The notes under the pieces were generated by a model. That model was not told the origin of the DNA and searched no databases. It saw only the letters and a list, made by a program, of their open reading frames with translations. Source: an uncultured candidate division Zixibacteria bacterium (GTDB lineage: Bacteria > Zixibacteria > MSB-5A5 > UBA10806). From it: DNA of 23,674 nt. The DNA is taken from NCBI GenBank assembly GCA_963817915.1, contig CAWFQL010000022.1, forward strand, positions 1-23,674, in the 5' to 3' direction. Position numbers and translations under genes: made by a program. Positions 8,568 through 18,194 of this stretch are shown in pieces; the first letter of the stretch is position 1, and each line of letters starts with the position of its first letter.

Positions 8568-8600
8568 ACAGGGGCGCATAACACGCGCCCCTGTTTTTTT
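8568..8600 (+). terminator. Rho-independent terminator
   Basis: ACAGGGGCGC-ataacac-GCGCCCCTGT running into T7. Confidence 0.8.
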
Positions 8601-8602
8601 AG

Positions 8603-8765
8603 AACCTTCTATGCCAGAAAGTAGCAACATTGCTTGACGGTGTTCAAACAGCGGGGGGGCACAGGGTGGTGTGGGGATGCCCAAAAGCCGCCGTCGGGGG
8701 TCTATTTCGCAAAGCTGAAATCGGCGCAGCACAAATCGACAACCCAAATGGCGTTGTTAAAGTAA
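8603..8765 (+). pseudogene. Orphan C-terminal part of a CTD, copy 2
   Basis: Translates NLLCQKVATLLDGVQTAGGHRVVW/DAQKPPSGVYFAKLKSAQHKSTTQMALLK* if one G is removed near 8673-8676. Confidence 0.85.
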
Positions 8766-8790
8766 TTTTTGTATCAAAACATTTTTATAC

Positions 8791-8819
8791 TTGACAAGCC
8801 CGTCTATGCTAATTATCTT
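8791..8819 (+). promoter_or_regulatory. sigma70-type promoter, copy 2
   Basis: TTGACA (8791-96), 17 bp spacer, TATCTT (8814-19). Confidence 0.75.
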
Positions 8820-8825
8820 AAGATT

Positions 8826-9061
8826 ATAAATTAATAATAGCGATAACGACAGCACTTGATTTAGCATCTTTTGGATCGCTTGGAATTTTACTTTTGGGGA
8901 TTCCGTGCGCTGTCGATTCAGAAAAATAGCTTTAACCCCAACTGGACTCGTGCCCCCCGCTAACTTCTTGGGGGGGGGGGCACATACGTGCGCCGCCCGA
9001 TAAACTCCTTATAGTTGTACTTCACTTGTAACACCTTAAAACGATTTTAAAGGAGTTGTTT
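8826..9061 (+). ncRNA. Putative structured 5' leader RNA, copy 2
   Basis: Same helices as copy 1 (8847-53/8909-15, 8881-89/8897-8905, 8950-58/8975-83). Anti-SD AACTCCTT (9003-10) pairs with AAGGAGTT (9050-57). Confidence 0.6.
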
Positions 9062-9487
9062 ATGTACAAGAAATTAATTTTCCTTTCTATTATGGCAATC
9101 GGACTGTTTTTCTTGGCTGGTGTACAAACATCTAATGCCTGCGGAAATCAATATTCTATTTCGGCCCAAGATGACAGCTATTTACCAGTGGAACAGAACT
9201 ATGATCCCTGCGACTACTGGGTATCTTGGACCTTTTCATTGAAACGAAATTCGGCTGATAATGGTACTCATGTAGTTGTTAGGTTTGAGGTTATAGGAGC
9301 GAATGTGCTAGAAGATTTCGATTCTCTCGATTTCGATCATTGGGAGACAAAGACTCGTACCGGCGAAGCGTATGTTGGGCCTAGCACTTCAAATACAATT
9401 AAAATATCTAAACTTTCAGGAGTGGGGACAAAATTCACTAACCTGTCAAATTCTGTAAATTATTACAACGATAACGGTAGTAAGTAA
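9062..9487 (+). CDS. Small secreted protein of unknown function (141 aa), distant paralog of 3390..3827
   Basis: AAGGAG RBS and ATG 9062. Signal MYKKLIFLSIMAIGLFFLAGVQTSNA. Shared VGPSTS and YYN motifs. Confidence 0.85.
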   Translation: MYKKLIFLSIMAIGLFFLAGVQTSNACGNQYSISAQDDSYLPVEQNYDPCDYWVSWTFSLKRNSADNGTHVVVRFEVIGANVLEDFDSLDFDHWETKTRTGEAYVGPSTSNTIKISKLSGVGTKFTNLSNSVNYYNDNGSK

Positions 9488-9505
9488 GGGAATTAATATT
9501 CACGA

Positions 9506-9537
9506 TGAATTCCCCGAGCTCAAACTCGGGGAATTCA
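9506..9537 (+). other. Intergenic stem-loop without a U-tract
   Basis: TGAATTCCCCGAG-ctcaaa-CTCGGGGAATTCA, a perfect 13 bp stem. Confidence 0.75.
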
Positions 9538-9554
9538 CCTAAAAGGAAAGCAAA

Positions 9555-11867
9555 ATGTCAACGATTAAAATGATAGCGTATAAAGTTAGTATCATGCTTT
9601 TTATGTCGCTTTACGGTGTGCCCGCTAATTCACAGGATAATACTTGGGTAACCAGCGGTCCACCTGGTGGCAGCATAATGACAATCGCTATCAACCCATT
9701 AAATAACAATATCATATATGTTGGAACCGTTCAAAAAGGAATATTCAAGACTACCGACGGCGGAATATCATGGCGGCATCTTGATTCGAACATACTCTAT
9801 ATGAATCAGAGGGTAATTGCTATTCATCCTACGGCCCCAGACACGGTATATGCTGCCACAAATGGAGGCATTTTTAAGAGCAGTGACGCCGGTGAAACAT
9901 GGCGATTACTCTATCCTCCTTCGGGGCACGATGCTGAATATAGGGCTTTTATCATTAATCCCCAAAACCCAAGCATGCTTTTTGCTGGTGGCCTTCCAGA
10001 ATGGAAATCCACGGATAGCGGCGAATCATGGTTTCAGCTAAATATATGGCCCCGCGTAGGCATAGATGCCTTTGCCGTTAATTATCGCAATCCAAATGAA
10101 ATGTATTTCGCCAGCGGTTCGGTTCTTTATGGTTTAGGAGTATGGAAAAGTGATGACATGGGCGAAACATGGTTTTCAATCCAAAACAACATCGATTCCA
10201 GTCGCAGCACCGGAACAGATGTAGCAATCGATCCTACTGATAGTAATATCTTATATTTTAGTAGAAACTCCGTTAACTCCGGAAATAATAAATGTTTGTT
10301 CAAGTCAACGGACGGCGGACAATATTGGATTGATATTTCTCCACAACAATTAACGGAATTTAATATTAAAAAAATCGCAATATTTCCACATAACAATCAG
10401 ATTATCTTTGTATGTACTTTTACCGATGGCGTGCTTAAAAGCACCGATGGCGGCGTAGCTTGGGTGCCAAAAAATCAAGGACTCGATGGCTTACGCACCA
10501 AAACAATAGTAATTGATTCGATATCAGACATAATTTACCTCGGTACATATATCAATGGGCTCTACAAATCGCTTGATAACGGCGAAACATGGCAGAGTAT
10601 TAGCGAAAATATTACAGCATCATACTGCAATACAATCGCTTTTAAGCCGGATGATCCATCTCCAATATATGCGTCAGCCACCAATGGAATTTTTAAATCC
10701 GCGGACATCGGGCAGTCCTGGGAGCGTATAAACATTGGAATTCCGATTCAAAATATCCCCGGCGGCGGCATTATATTTGACAATCTTAACAGCAACAATA
10801 TATTTCTAACCAGTAGTCAGACGGAATTCCCCGATGTTCCTGCCGGAATCTACCGCTCGACCGATTCCGGTGTTAGTTGGGAATTTCTCATTAACGGAAT
10901 AGCGCTGGAAATCGGACTAAACGATATAGCGATATCCTGCCTCTCCACTGGAGAAAAGCGTCTTTTTACAATAGGGCAAGGAGTATACTTTTCGGATGAT
11001 ATGGGCGATTCCTGGAATCTCTGCGACGGTTTTTCACCTAATGGCCCTATTCACACAGTAATCGATCTTGCCCCCAATAATCCCAATATAATTGCGGTTG
11101 GCGAGGGTTGGGGCGAATGGGATCAGCGAATTTTTATCTCGACAGATCGCGGTGAATCATGGAATCAGACAACTCCTTTGCCATCAAGACATTTTCCCGG
11201 AATAAACAGCTTAAAATTTGATCCTCAAAATGCTAATCATATTCTGGTTGCCAGCGACAATGTAGGGCTTTTCGAGACTTATGATTTTGGTACAAGCTGG
11301 GCCGATTTGACAAATCAGGTGCCTCTCTTACCGCAATATAGGGAGTACCCGGCAATTTCCGGTATTGCCATCAATCCCAACAATCCTATGAATTACTTCA
11401 TCCAACCTCCTTTTCAGGGGGTCTATCAGAGCCATAACGCCGGTCTTACATGGGAGCCATTTAATAACGGACTCGATACGGCTTTTGCCTATGGCAAAAT
11501 ATATTTTATGCCTGATGATACTACACGCTTATTTGTTACCGGCCATGCGGTATCTACCATCCATCGCACTCTCGACGGTGTCGACGATGACGCGCCAACA
11601 TTGCCTGCTATCCTCTCCCTTTCCTCCTACCCCAACCCCTTTAATGCGCAAACCACAATAAGCTATTCACTCGCCAAGTCCGGCCCGGTAACACTCACCA
11701 TCTACAACATCCTCGGCCAGAAAGTAGCTGTACTATTTGACGGCGCGCAGACTGCGGGAGAGCATTCGCTGGTCTGGGATGCCCAAAATCAGCCGTCGGG
11801 GGTGTATTTTTACCGCTTACAGGGCGGAAACTTCTCGAAATCGAGCCAGATGGTCCTCCTGCGATAG
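9555..11867 (+). CDS. VPS10/BNR (Asp-box) repeat beta-propeller protein with T9SS-type CTD, paralog of 3924..6251
   Basis: Same blade organisation (W.TSGP.G.S..TIAINP..NN.IY.GT.Q.GI.K...), multiple Asp-boxes and a CTD. Confidence 0.92.
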   Translation: MSTIKMIAYKVSIMLFMSLYGVPANSQDNTWVTSGPPGGSIMTIAINPLNNNIIYVGTVQKGIFKTTDGGISWRHLDSNILYMNQRVIAIHPTAPDTVYAATNGGIFKSSDAGETWRLLYPPSGHDAEYRAFIINPQNPSMLFAGGLPEWKSTDSGESWFQLNIWPRVGIDAFAVNYRNPNEMYFASGSVLYGLGVWKSDDMGETWFSIQNNIDSSRSTGTDVAIDPTDSNILYFSRNSVNSGNNKCLFKSTDGGQYWIDISPQQLTEFNIKKIAIFPHNNQIIFVCTFTDGVLKSTDGGVAWVPKNQGLDGLRTKTIVIDSISDIIYLGTYINGLYKSLDNGETWQSISENITASYCNTIAFKPDDPSPIYASATNGIFKSADIGQSWERINIGIPIQNIPGGGIIFDNLNSNNIFLTSSQTEFPDVPAGIYRSTDSGVSWEFLINGIALEIGLNDIAISCLSTGEKRLFTIGQGVYFSDDMGDSWNLCDGFSPNGPIHTVIDLAPNNPNIIAVGEGWGEWDQRIFISTDRGESWNQTTPLPSRHFPGINSLKFDPQNANHILVASDNVGLFETYDFGTSWADLTNQVPLLPQYREYPAISGIAINPNNPMNYFIQPPFQGVYQSHNAGLTWEPFNNGLDTAFAYGKIYFMPDDTTRLFVTGHAVSTIHRTLDGVDDDAPTLPAILSLSSYPNPFNAQTTISYSLAKSGPVTLTIYNILGQKVAVLFDGAQTAGEHSLVWDAQNQPSGVYFYRLQGGNFSKSSQMVLLR
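11616..11765 (+). repeat. 150 bp exact direct repeat, partner 6000-6149
   Basis: Identical to 6000-6149 on reading. Confidence 0.9.
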
Positions 11868-11928
11868 TGCCATCTACACAATTTAGCACCTATTCTCATT
11901 AGCGGCCGCGGATTTCCTAATAATTATA

Positions 11929-11957
11929 TTGCTAATAAATTACCCAATATTTATAAT
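11929..11957 (+). promoter_or_regulatory. sigma70-type promoter for the flotillin gene
   Basis: TTGCTA (11929-34), 17 bp spacer, TATAAT (11952-57). Confidence 0.65.
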
Positions 11958-12092
11958 AATTGCCTGTTGGTAAACGTGTCGTCGCTCCCCGATTATGGCA
12001 AGTTTTCGGGAGAGCAGGGAACTGAATTATATCGCGTGCGGCCCCATATAGGCCGTCGTTTTGATTCTTGAGATTGTGAAAAGGAGAACAAT

Positions 12093-13504
12093 ATGTCCCT
12101 AACCACGCTATTGATTTTGATCGGCGCAGTCGTTTTAGTCGTGGTCTTGATTCTGGTCGTTCTGGCCAAACAATACCGCAAGGTCGGCCCCAACGAGGTC
12201 CTTATCGTCTCGGGTGGCGGCAAACGGACAATCACCGATCCCGATGGCACCAAGCATCTGGTCGGCTATAGAATGAGAATCGGCGGCGGCGCTCTCGTTC
12301 TCCCGTTCGTAGAATCATATCAAGTCTTGCCTCTCGATGTCTACACTCTCGACCTACAGGTCCCCGATGTTCTGACGGCTCATGGTATCCAGATAGCCGC
12401 ACAGGGACAGGCCCAGGTCAAAATCGCCAGCGACGAGAGCTCGATCCGCATGGCATCCGAGCAGTTTCTCGGACGTGGCGGCGAAGGCATCAAGGATGTC
12501 GCCGGACAAATACTCGAGGGTCACATGAGAGCCGCATTGGGCAGCATGACTGTCGAGCAGCTTTACCAGGAGCGCGGCGTGTTTGCCGAAAAGGTTCGGC
12601 AATCAGCTACGGGCGATTTCGTTCGCATGGGATTGCAGATACTATCGTTCTCTTTGAAAGATTTCTCAGATAAACAGGGATATATCGAAGCTCTCGGCAA
12701 GCCGCGTATCGCGCAGGCTCGCGGAGAGGCCGCAGTCGCCGAGGCCGAGGCCGAGCGCGATGCCACGGTCAAAGCCGCGGTTGCACGCAAAGAATCTGAT
12801 ATAGCCAAGTTCAAAGCCGAGGCTGAAATCGCCGAGGCCAACCGCGATTACGAACTCAAGCGCGCTGAATATTCATCTATGGTGAATCAGAAAAAGGCTC
12901 AGGCCGATCTCTCCTATGAAATCGAGCGCCAGAAAATGAATCAGTCGCTAAAGAAAGAAGAATACGCCGTCAAGCTGGTAGAAAAAGAGAATGCCATCAA
13001 GATCGAGGAGAAAGAAATTATCCGTAAGGAAAAAAAAAAAAGAACTCGAATCGACCGTGATGGTAAACAGGCGGATGCCCGTAAATACCAGATTATCTCC
13101 GAAACCGACGCCAACGCATACAAGCTGGCCGAGGAAGCCAAGGGAAGGCTGCCGGTATCAGGCTCTACGGTACCTCCGAGGCCGAGGCCATGAAAGCCAA
13201 AGCTGCGGCCTACGCCGAATACAATGAAGCCGCCATTTACCAGATGATGATCTCGGTTCTGCCCGAGTAGCCAGAGCCGTATCCGAGCCTCTCTCCAAGG
13301 TTGATAAAATCATCATGATCGATTCCGGGCAACGGTGGCTCCGGCGCTTCCAAGATCACCAAGCAGGTGACCGAGGTTCTGGCTCAGCTTCCGACAGTGG
13401 TGGAATCGCTTTCCGGTGTCGATCTCAACAAGATGTTGGAGAAGTTCACCAAATCGGGTGATAAGCCGGCGAATCCGCAGCCTAAAGACGGTGACAAGAA
13501 GTAG
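12093..13504 (+). CDS. Flotillin family SPFH (Band 7) protein, with several frameshifts after ~13030
   Basis: N-terminal TM helix, YRKVGPNEVLIVSG, ILEGHMRAALGSMTVE and an AEA-rich coiled coil. The typical flotillin C-terminus (KAAAYAEYNEAA...EPLSKVDKIIMID...LSGVDL) lies in shifted frames and ends at TAG 13502-04. Confidence 0.88.
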
Positions 13505-13546
13505 GCGGTCCCGCGGCACCTTTAATAGAAACCAAGGGAAGACTAC

Positions 13547-15886
13547 ATGTTAGCAGATAGATAGACAACGTATCGGTGAATCGCCGACTCTTAAGATCTC
13601 GGCTAAGGCAACTGCCATGAAGGCCGAGGGCCTTGACGTTATCGATCTCTCGTTGGGTGAGCCTGATTTTCCAACTCCTGAGAATATTCGTCAGGCAGGC
13701 AAGAAAGCGATTGACCAGAACTTTACAAAATATACCGCCAATAACGGCATCATGCCGCTCAGAAAGGCGATCTGCCGCAAGCTCAAGAGGAAAACGGTGT
13801 CGATTACGAACCGGATGAAATCATAGTATCGTCGGGTGCCAAAAACTGTCTCTATAATCTCTGTGTTGCCCTCTTTAACAAAGGCGATGAGGCTATCATC
13901 CCGGCGCCATACTGGGTAAGCTATCCGGCCGATGGTGGAACTGGCAAAGGTGTTCCGGTTGTCGTACAGACCAAAGAAGAAAACGGATTCCGCATCACCC
14001 CCAAAGAGCTTTCGGCCGCAATTTCGCCATCGACAAAGGCCCTGTTCCTTAATAATCCCTGCAATCCGACAGGCGGAGCCTATACAAAAGACGAGCTTCT
14101 CGAAATCGCCAAGATAGTAGTCGACGAAGGTATCGTTGTCATCTCGGATGAAATCTACGAGAAACTCATTTACGATGGTTTCAACTTCACTTGCTTCGCA
14201 TCGCTGGGAAAGAAAATCAAAGAGCAGACTATAACCATCAACGGCATGTCCAAAGCTTACTCGATGACAGGTTGGCGTCTCGGTTACGCGGCCGGGCCGA
14301 AAGAGATTATCATGGGGATGTCGAAGGTGCAGTCGCATAACACATCCAACGCCAGTTCCATTTCACAAATGGTGGCGTGCCGCTGCCCCCTACCGGTCCG
14401 CAGCATGAAATTCGAAGGATGCAAAACGAATTCCAAATTCGCCGCAATTACATGATAGACCGTCTACGCTCGATTCCGGGAGTCTCCTGCTACGAGCCGC
14501 GGGGAGCGTTCTATCTTTTCCCGAATATCAGCGCCTATTTCAAGAAGGAGTTCGAGGGCACACAGATTCGCAACTCGTATGGTATGGCGTACTATCTCCT
14601 GAAACAAGCGCACGTGGCGCTCGTACCGGGTGAGGCGTTCGGCACCGAGGGATTTATCAGATTGTCGTATGCCACCTCGATGGAGAATATCGTCAAGGCG
14701 ATGGATCGTATCACAAAGGCCCTGGCCAAGCTCGAGCCGACTCGTCAATCGAAAATGATCTCGCTCAACAATACTGTCACGCAAAAGAAAGATTTCGTTG
14801 AAACCGAGGTTCATGTGGGACCGGAACTGCGCGATGCTCTGGTGGCCGAGGCCGATTGTTACCTCTTAGAGAATAAGGAATATTACGAGTGGAACGCAAC
14901 ATACTTGGCGTGATAATACAGCTTCGCACCAACCTGCCGCCATTTCTATGATTTCTGGATGGAGAACTGGTATCCGGGCCAACTCGAGAGCGATCTCGAA
15001 CCGCATGGCGTTATCTACGCGGTCGGCTCGATTCCTGGACGAGAAGCCCGCGCCTACTATAGCTCGGAAACCAAGACGGCGGTCTTCTTCAAATCGGCTT
15101 ATTACGGGCAACTTCGCTCGCTTGCAATCGGAATGGCCGATGATGACGTCGCGGCTTTCCAACACCTACTCCGTACGCGGTTTGGGTCTCGATTTTGGCG
15201 GTAACGGTGTCATGCTGATTGCGCCGAAAGGAACAGGCAAGGCGGGGGATTTTCGCCAACCTGCTGCGTCATCCGAAATCGAAACTGCTTACCGACGATA
15301 TCGCTTTTGTGCGCTTCAACGCCAAAGAGGCTATCGCCGACGCGCCGGAACGCAAGCTTTACATGCAGACTAATTTTGTTGAGAAATTCCCCGACTTGGC
15401 GCCGCTTTTCGATAAATCGAAATGCGCGATGTTGTCACCAGCCGCGACGAGTGTGTCAACGGCCCGTGCCAGCGCTTGGATAACTGCCGCTTAGACCGCG
15501 GAGCCCCGTTTTGCTACGAGGCCACGGGCGAATCGCGCGCCATGCTCGATCCCTACTGGATCGACGGCAGCGCCGAGCGTACCAAGCGGACATCGCTAAA
15601 ACATATCCTGCTTTTGAAGAACGATCCTATCAGCCCGATCATCTCTCAGCCATCGGTTGAGGAGGCGATTCGCTTCTGCGAGGAGGGCTTGTCGCAATCG
15701 GGGCCGATGCGAAGCGAGCCGTTCTTCAATCCGCATTTGTTGGTTAACTCCGGCGATAGAATCGAAGCCCGCAAACGCTTCTATGAGAAACTCTTCGGGT
15801 TCGCCAAACCGTATTTCATCAATGTCGGCGGCACGGCCCCCAAGGAGGATATCCAGAAGCAGATCAACAAGATTGTGGGGATCTGA
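13547..15886 (+). CDS. PLP-dependent class I/II (aspartate-type) aminotransferase apparently fused to an HprK/PEPCK-like P-loop domain, with many frameshifts
   Basis: Stitched frames give [38 protein letters not shown] (PLP Lys at 14252) and RLSYATS. The frame continues without a stop into a second domain containing APKGTGK and LLTDD. Confidence 0.75.
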
Positions 15887-15966
15887 TTTCTCCGTGACAA
15901 CCATGGAGTCTTGAAATTACCATTTGCGACTTCAAGATGAACTGGATAAGGATCATACTACCAATG

Positions 15967-16003
15967 TGGCGTCAACTTCCCGAAGTTGACGCCATTTTTA
16001 TTT
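15967..16003 (+). terminator. Rho-independent terminator
   Basis: TGGCGTCAACTT-cccg-AAGTTGACGCCA followed by TTTTTATTT. Confidence 0.8.
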
Positions 16004-16646
16004 GCGCGTCACAGCTTGTCGTGACCGTAATTTATACCCCACGATAGTGCCTCTTGACATCCTGGTATCAAATTCAAGGCGCTTTAAGCATCTGGATGTC
16101 GGAACCTTCTCCATCCTGACGCATACCTTAAATATTGGCATAATCGCGATTAAATTTTCAATGAGAAGTGTAACCACTGGCCCCTCTTTTTCGTATCTCT
16201 TGTATAGAATCAGTTCTTTTACGCAAGGAGAGAGTAATGCGAAAAATTTCGAGCATCGTAATGGCGATGATAATGATTTTAGTATCCCTTTCATGCGGAA
16301 AAGATTCGAAGCCGACCACCCGCCCCGAGGATGAGGAATTCGCGTGAGCGCTACGCGAATATCAAAATTATTATCACGCTGGGAATTATTGGGGCTGCAT
16401 AAGGCTGTCACTCGATGATAATAATATCGATAGATGCAGCTTGGGGATAAATTCAGGCAGCTTTCCGATTCGCGAATACACCTGGACCCTTTATGTGATA
16501 GATAACAGACAGGAGGAAGAGGCTTACCTTCAGGTTGCCACAGGGCGGGTGCAGGTCAATCGCAATATCACCTGCAATGTAAACGGCAATACTATTACGT
16601 GGCAGTAAATATTCTTGTTAACATTCATATCGTCTTGCAAATATAC

Positions 16647-16745
16647 CATGCTTACCACGACTACGTCGTGGAAAGCATGCCACCCATGTAATTAACCCTG
16701 CATTCGGTTGGCATGCTCGCGCTGTCGCCAGACAGCGTGAGCATG
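16647..16745. repeat. Inverted pair of REP-like palindromes
   Basis: Both 16647-16685 (minus) and 16706-16745 (plus) read GGKTGGCATGCT-[internal hairpin]-AGCATG. Confidence 0.6.
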
Positions 16746-16771
16746 TACATCAATCACCAAACGTTAATATC

Positions 16772-17992
16772 TTACCTATGGTATGGGCCCCAGCTGGGAG
16801 AATAATCGGCTGTTTGGTTGTTGGTTATATTGCGCTGGTCGGAGCCATCGGTATTCATTACGTAGATTTCGGATTCGTTGTCGCCTGGTAAGTAGGATAC
16901 AAAAGCTATCCTGCTGTCATCGGGCGACCAGCACGGCGATACTCCGCTCTGTTCGGAATTCTGAATATTATGGATATCAGACCCATCGGAGTTCATTACA
17001 AAAATTTGCGGGATATTCGATTCGGGTAGATAACGTGCAAATGCTATCCGGGAGCAATCATGCGACCAGGCCGGTTCAAAATCGTAATAGGAGTTGGTGG
17101 TAATCTGCCGCAAATTGGAGCCATCCGAATTTATAGAATAAATAGCATAGCCGGCGCCGTCTGTGCTGTCGCTTGAAAATACGAACTGGTCCTGCATCGA
17201 CCACGATATCTTATCGCTCTCCCAATTAGGGATAATATTACCGGTTATCTGGTGAGGGTTTTCCCCGTTCGCGTCGGCCACCCAGATTGCGACATGAAAG
17301 ACCTCGTTGCCGCCATCCACCACATAAGCTATGCGACTACCATCTGGAGACCAAACCGGCAAATGGCCGTAAATATCGCCATATGTAACTTGAATACGTT
17401 CGGTACCGTCATGATTCATCGCATACATAAGGTCATTTTCGCGGTCAAAAACTATTTTGGAACCATCATTTGACAGCACCGGATTAAAATCGCCGGGATC
17501 CAGCGGATTTGAAATGATATGCGTGTTTGAACCATCCGGATTCATAATGAAAATTTGACGGTTTCCGTCTATGTAAGATACAAATGCGATCTGTTCCGGC
17601 CCCTCCATTGTAGTAAAGCTCCATATCGGCGATGATGTCTCGCTATTATGCTCATCGCGCGCAATTACTTTCCAATAATAGGTCATATAAGTTTCCAGTT
17701 CGGGAACGCTATATACTGTGTCAATCAGATTCGAATCGATAATAGCCGGTTCAGGTATGGTATCGAGATAGAGATCATATTTGACCGAGTCACCGTCGGG
17801 ATCGACGCATAGCCAGTTAAGCGTAACAAGGGTGTCTATCCCAATTGCCGCGTTTGCCGGTGATGGACTTGACGGAGCGTTCGGCGCATTATTGACGGGC
17901 GGTTGGGTGGTTTTCTTATCGCTGCAGTCGGATATTAGGATGAATCCGCATACCAATATGATAGCCCCTATCGCACGTAAAATCGATGACAT
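16772..17992 (-). CDS. Probable lipoprotein with an Fn3/Ig-like domain and TolB-like PD40 repeats
   Basis: Hydrophobic leader followed by Cys (LISDC-SDKK), DPDGDSVKYDLYL...YYWKVIARD, and repeats PVWSPDGSRIAY / PAWSHDCSRIAF / PCWSPDDSRIAF. Confidence 0.85.
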   Translation of the reverse strand: MSSILRAIGAIILVCGFILISDCSDKKTTQPPVNNAPNAPSSPSPANAAIGIDTLVTLNWLCVDPDGDSVKYDLYLDTIPEPAIIDSNLIDTVYSVPELETYMTYYWKVIARDEHNSETSSPIWSFTTMEGPEQIAFVSYIDGNRQIFIMNPDGSNTHIISNPLDPGDFNPVLSNDGSKIVFDRENDLMYAMNHDGTERIQVTYGDIYGHLPVWSPDGSRIAYVVDGGNEVFHVAIWVADANGENPHQITGNIIPNWESDKISWSMQDQFVFSSDSTDGAGYAIYSINSDGSNLRQITTNSYYDFEPAWSHDCSRIAFARYLPESNIPQIFVMNSDGSDIHNIQNSEQSGVSPCWSPDDSRIAFVSYLPGDNESEIYVMNTDGSDQRNITNNQTADYSPSWGPYHR

Positions 17993-18157
17993 CGCAATTC
18001 TCCTTTGCCAATAACATCATTATTCTTCAACCCGTTGTAGCCGCAATAGATATTGATAATATTATAAATATTGGCAAAAAGGAGCCTTTTGTCAAGTCTT
18101 AATGGTAATAATTGGGATAGAATGAAAGGGTGTAGCGCGAAGCATCAAAATTTAGGC

Positions 18158-18185
18158 GAAGAGGCACCATATATTGTGCCTCTAC
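18158..18185 (-). repeat. GTAG-type REP-like palindrome downstream of rmuC
   Basis: Minus strand reads GTAGAGGCACAATATATGGTGCCTCTTC. Confidence 0.55.
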
Positions 18186-18194
18186 AAAATATCA

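Larger units (their letters stand above)
8369..9003 (+). repeat. Copy 2 of the ~630 bp direct repeat
   Basis: Aligns with 2701-3332. Confidence 0.95.

Noticed and set aside
2935..8765. Diversity-generating retroelement (orphan CTD as template repeat, gene tails as variable repeats)
   Set aside because: No reverse transcriptase in the window, and differences between copies are not confined to adenines.
2857..9554. Integron cassette array with attC sites
   Set aside because: No integrase is present. The spacers are long, carry their own promoter and terminator, and I could not find the RYYYAAC...GTTRRRY attC architecture.
11960..12092. Riboswitch in the flotillin leader (two modest hairpins)
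   Set aside because: No recognisable consensus and no second copy to test covariation.
13030..13041. Programmed frameshift at the long A-run in flotillin
   Set aside because: It is one of many nearby indels, so homopolymer sequencing error is the simpler explanation.
16772..17992. Gene symbol tolB
   Set aside because: It has PD40 repeats but no TolB N-terminal domain or tol-pal context.
18061..18095. Minus-strand promoter for the PD40 gene
   Set aside because: TTGACA is present but TATAAT is 23 bp away, and the 17 bp-spaced hexamer (AATATT) is a poor match.
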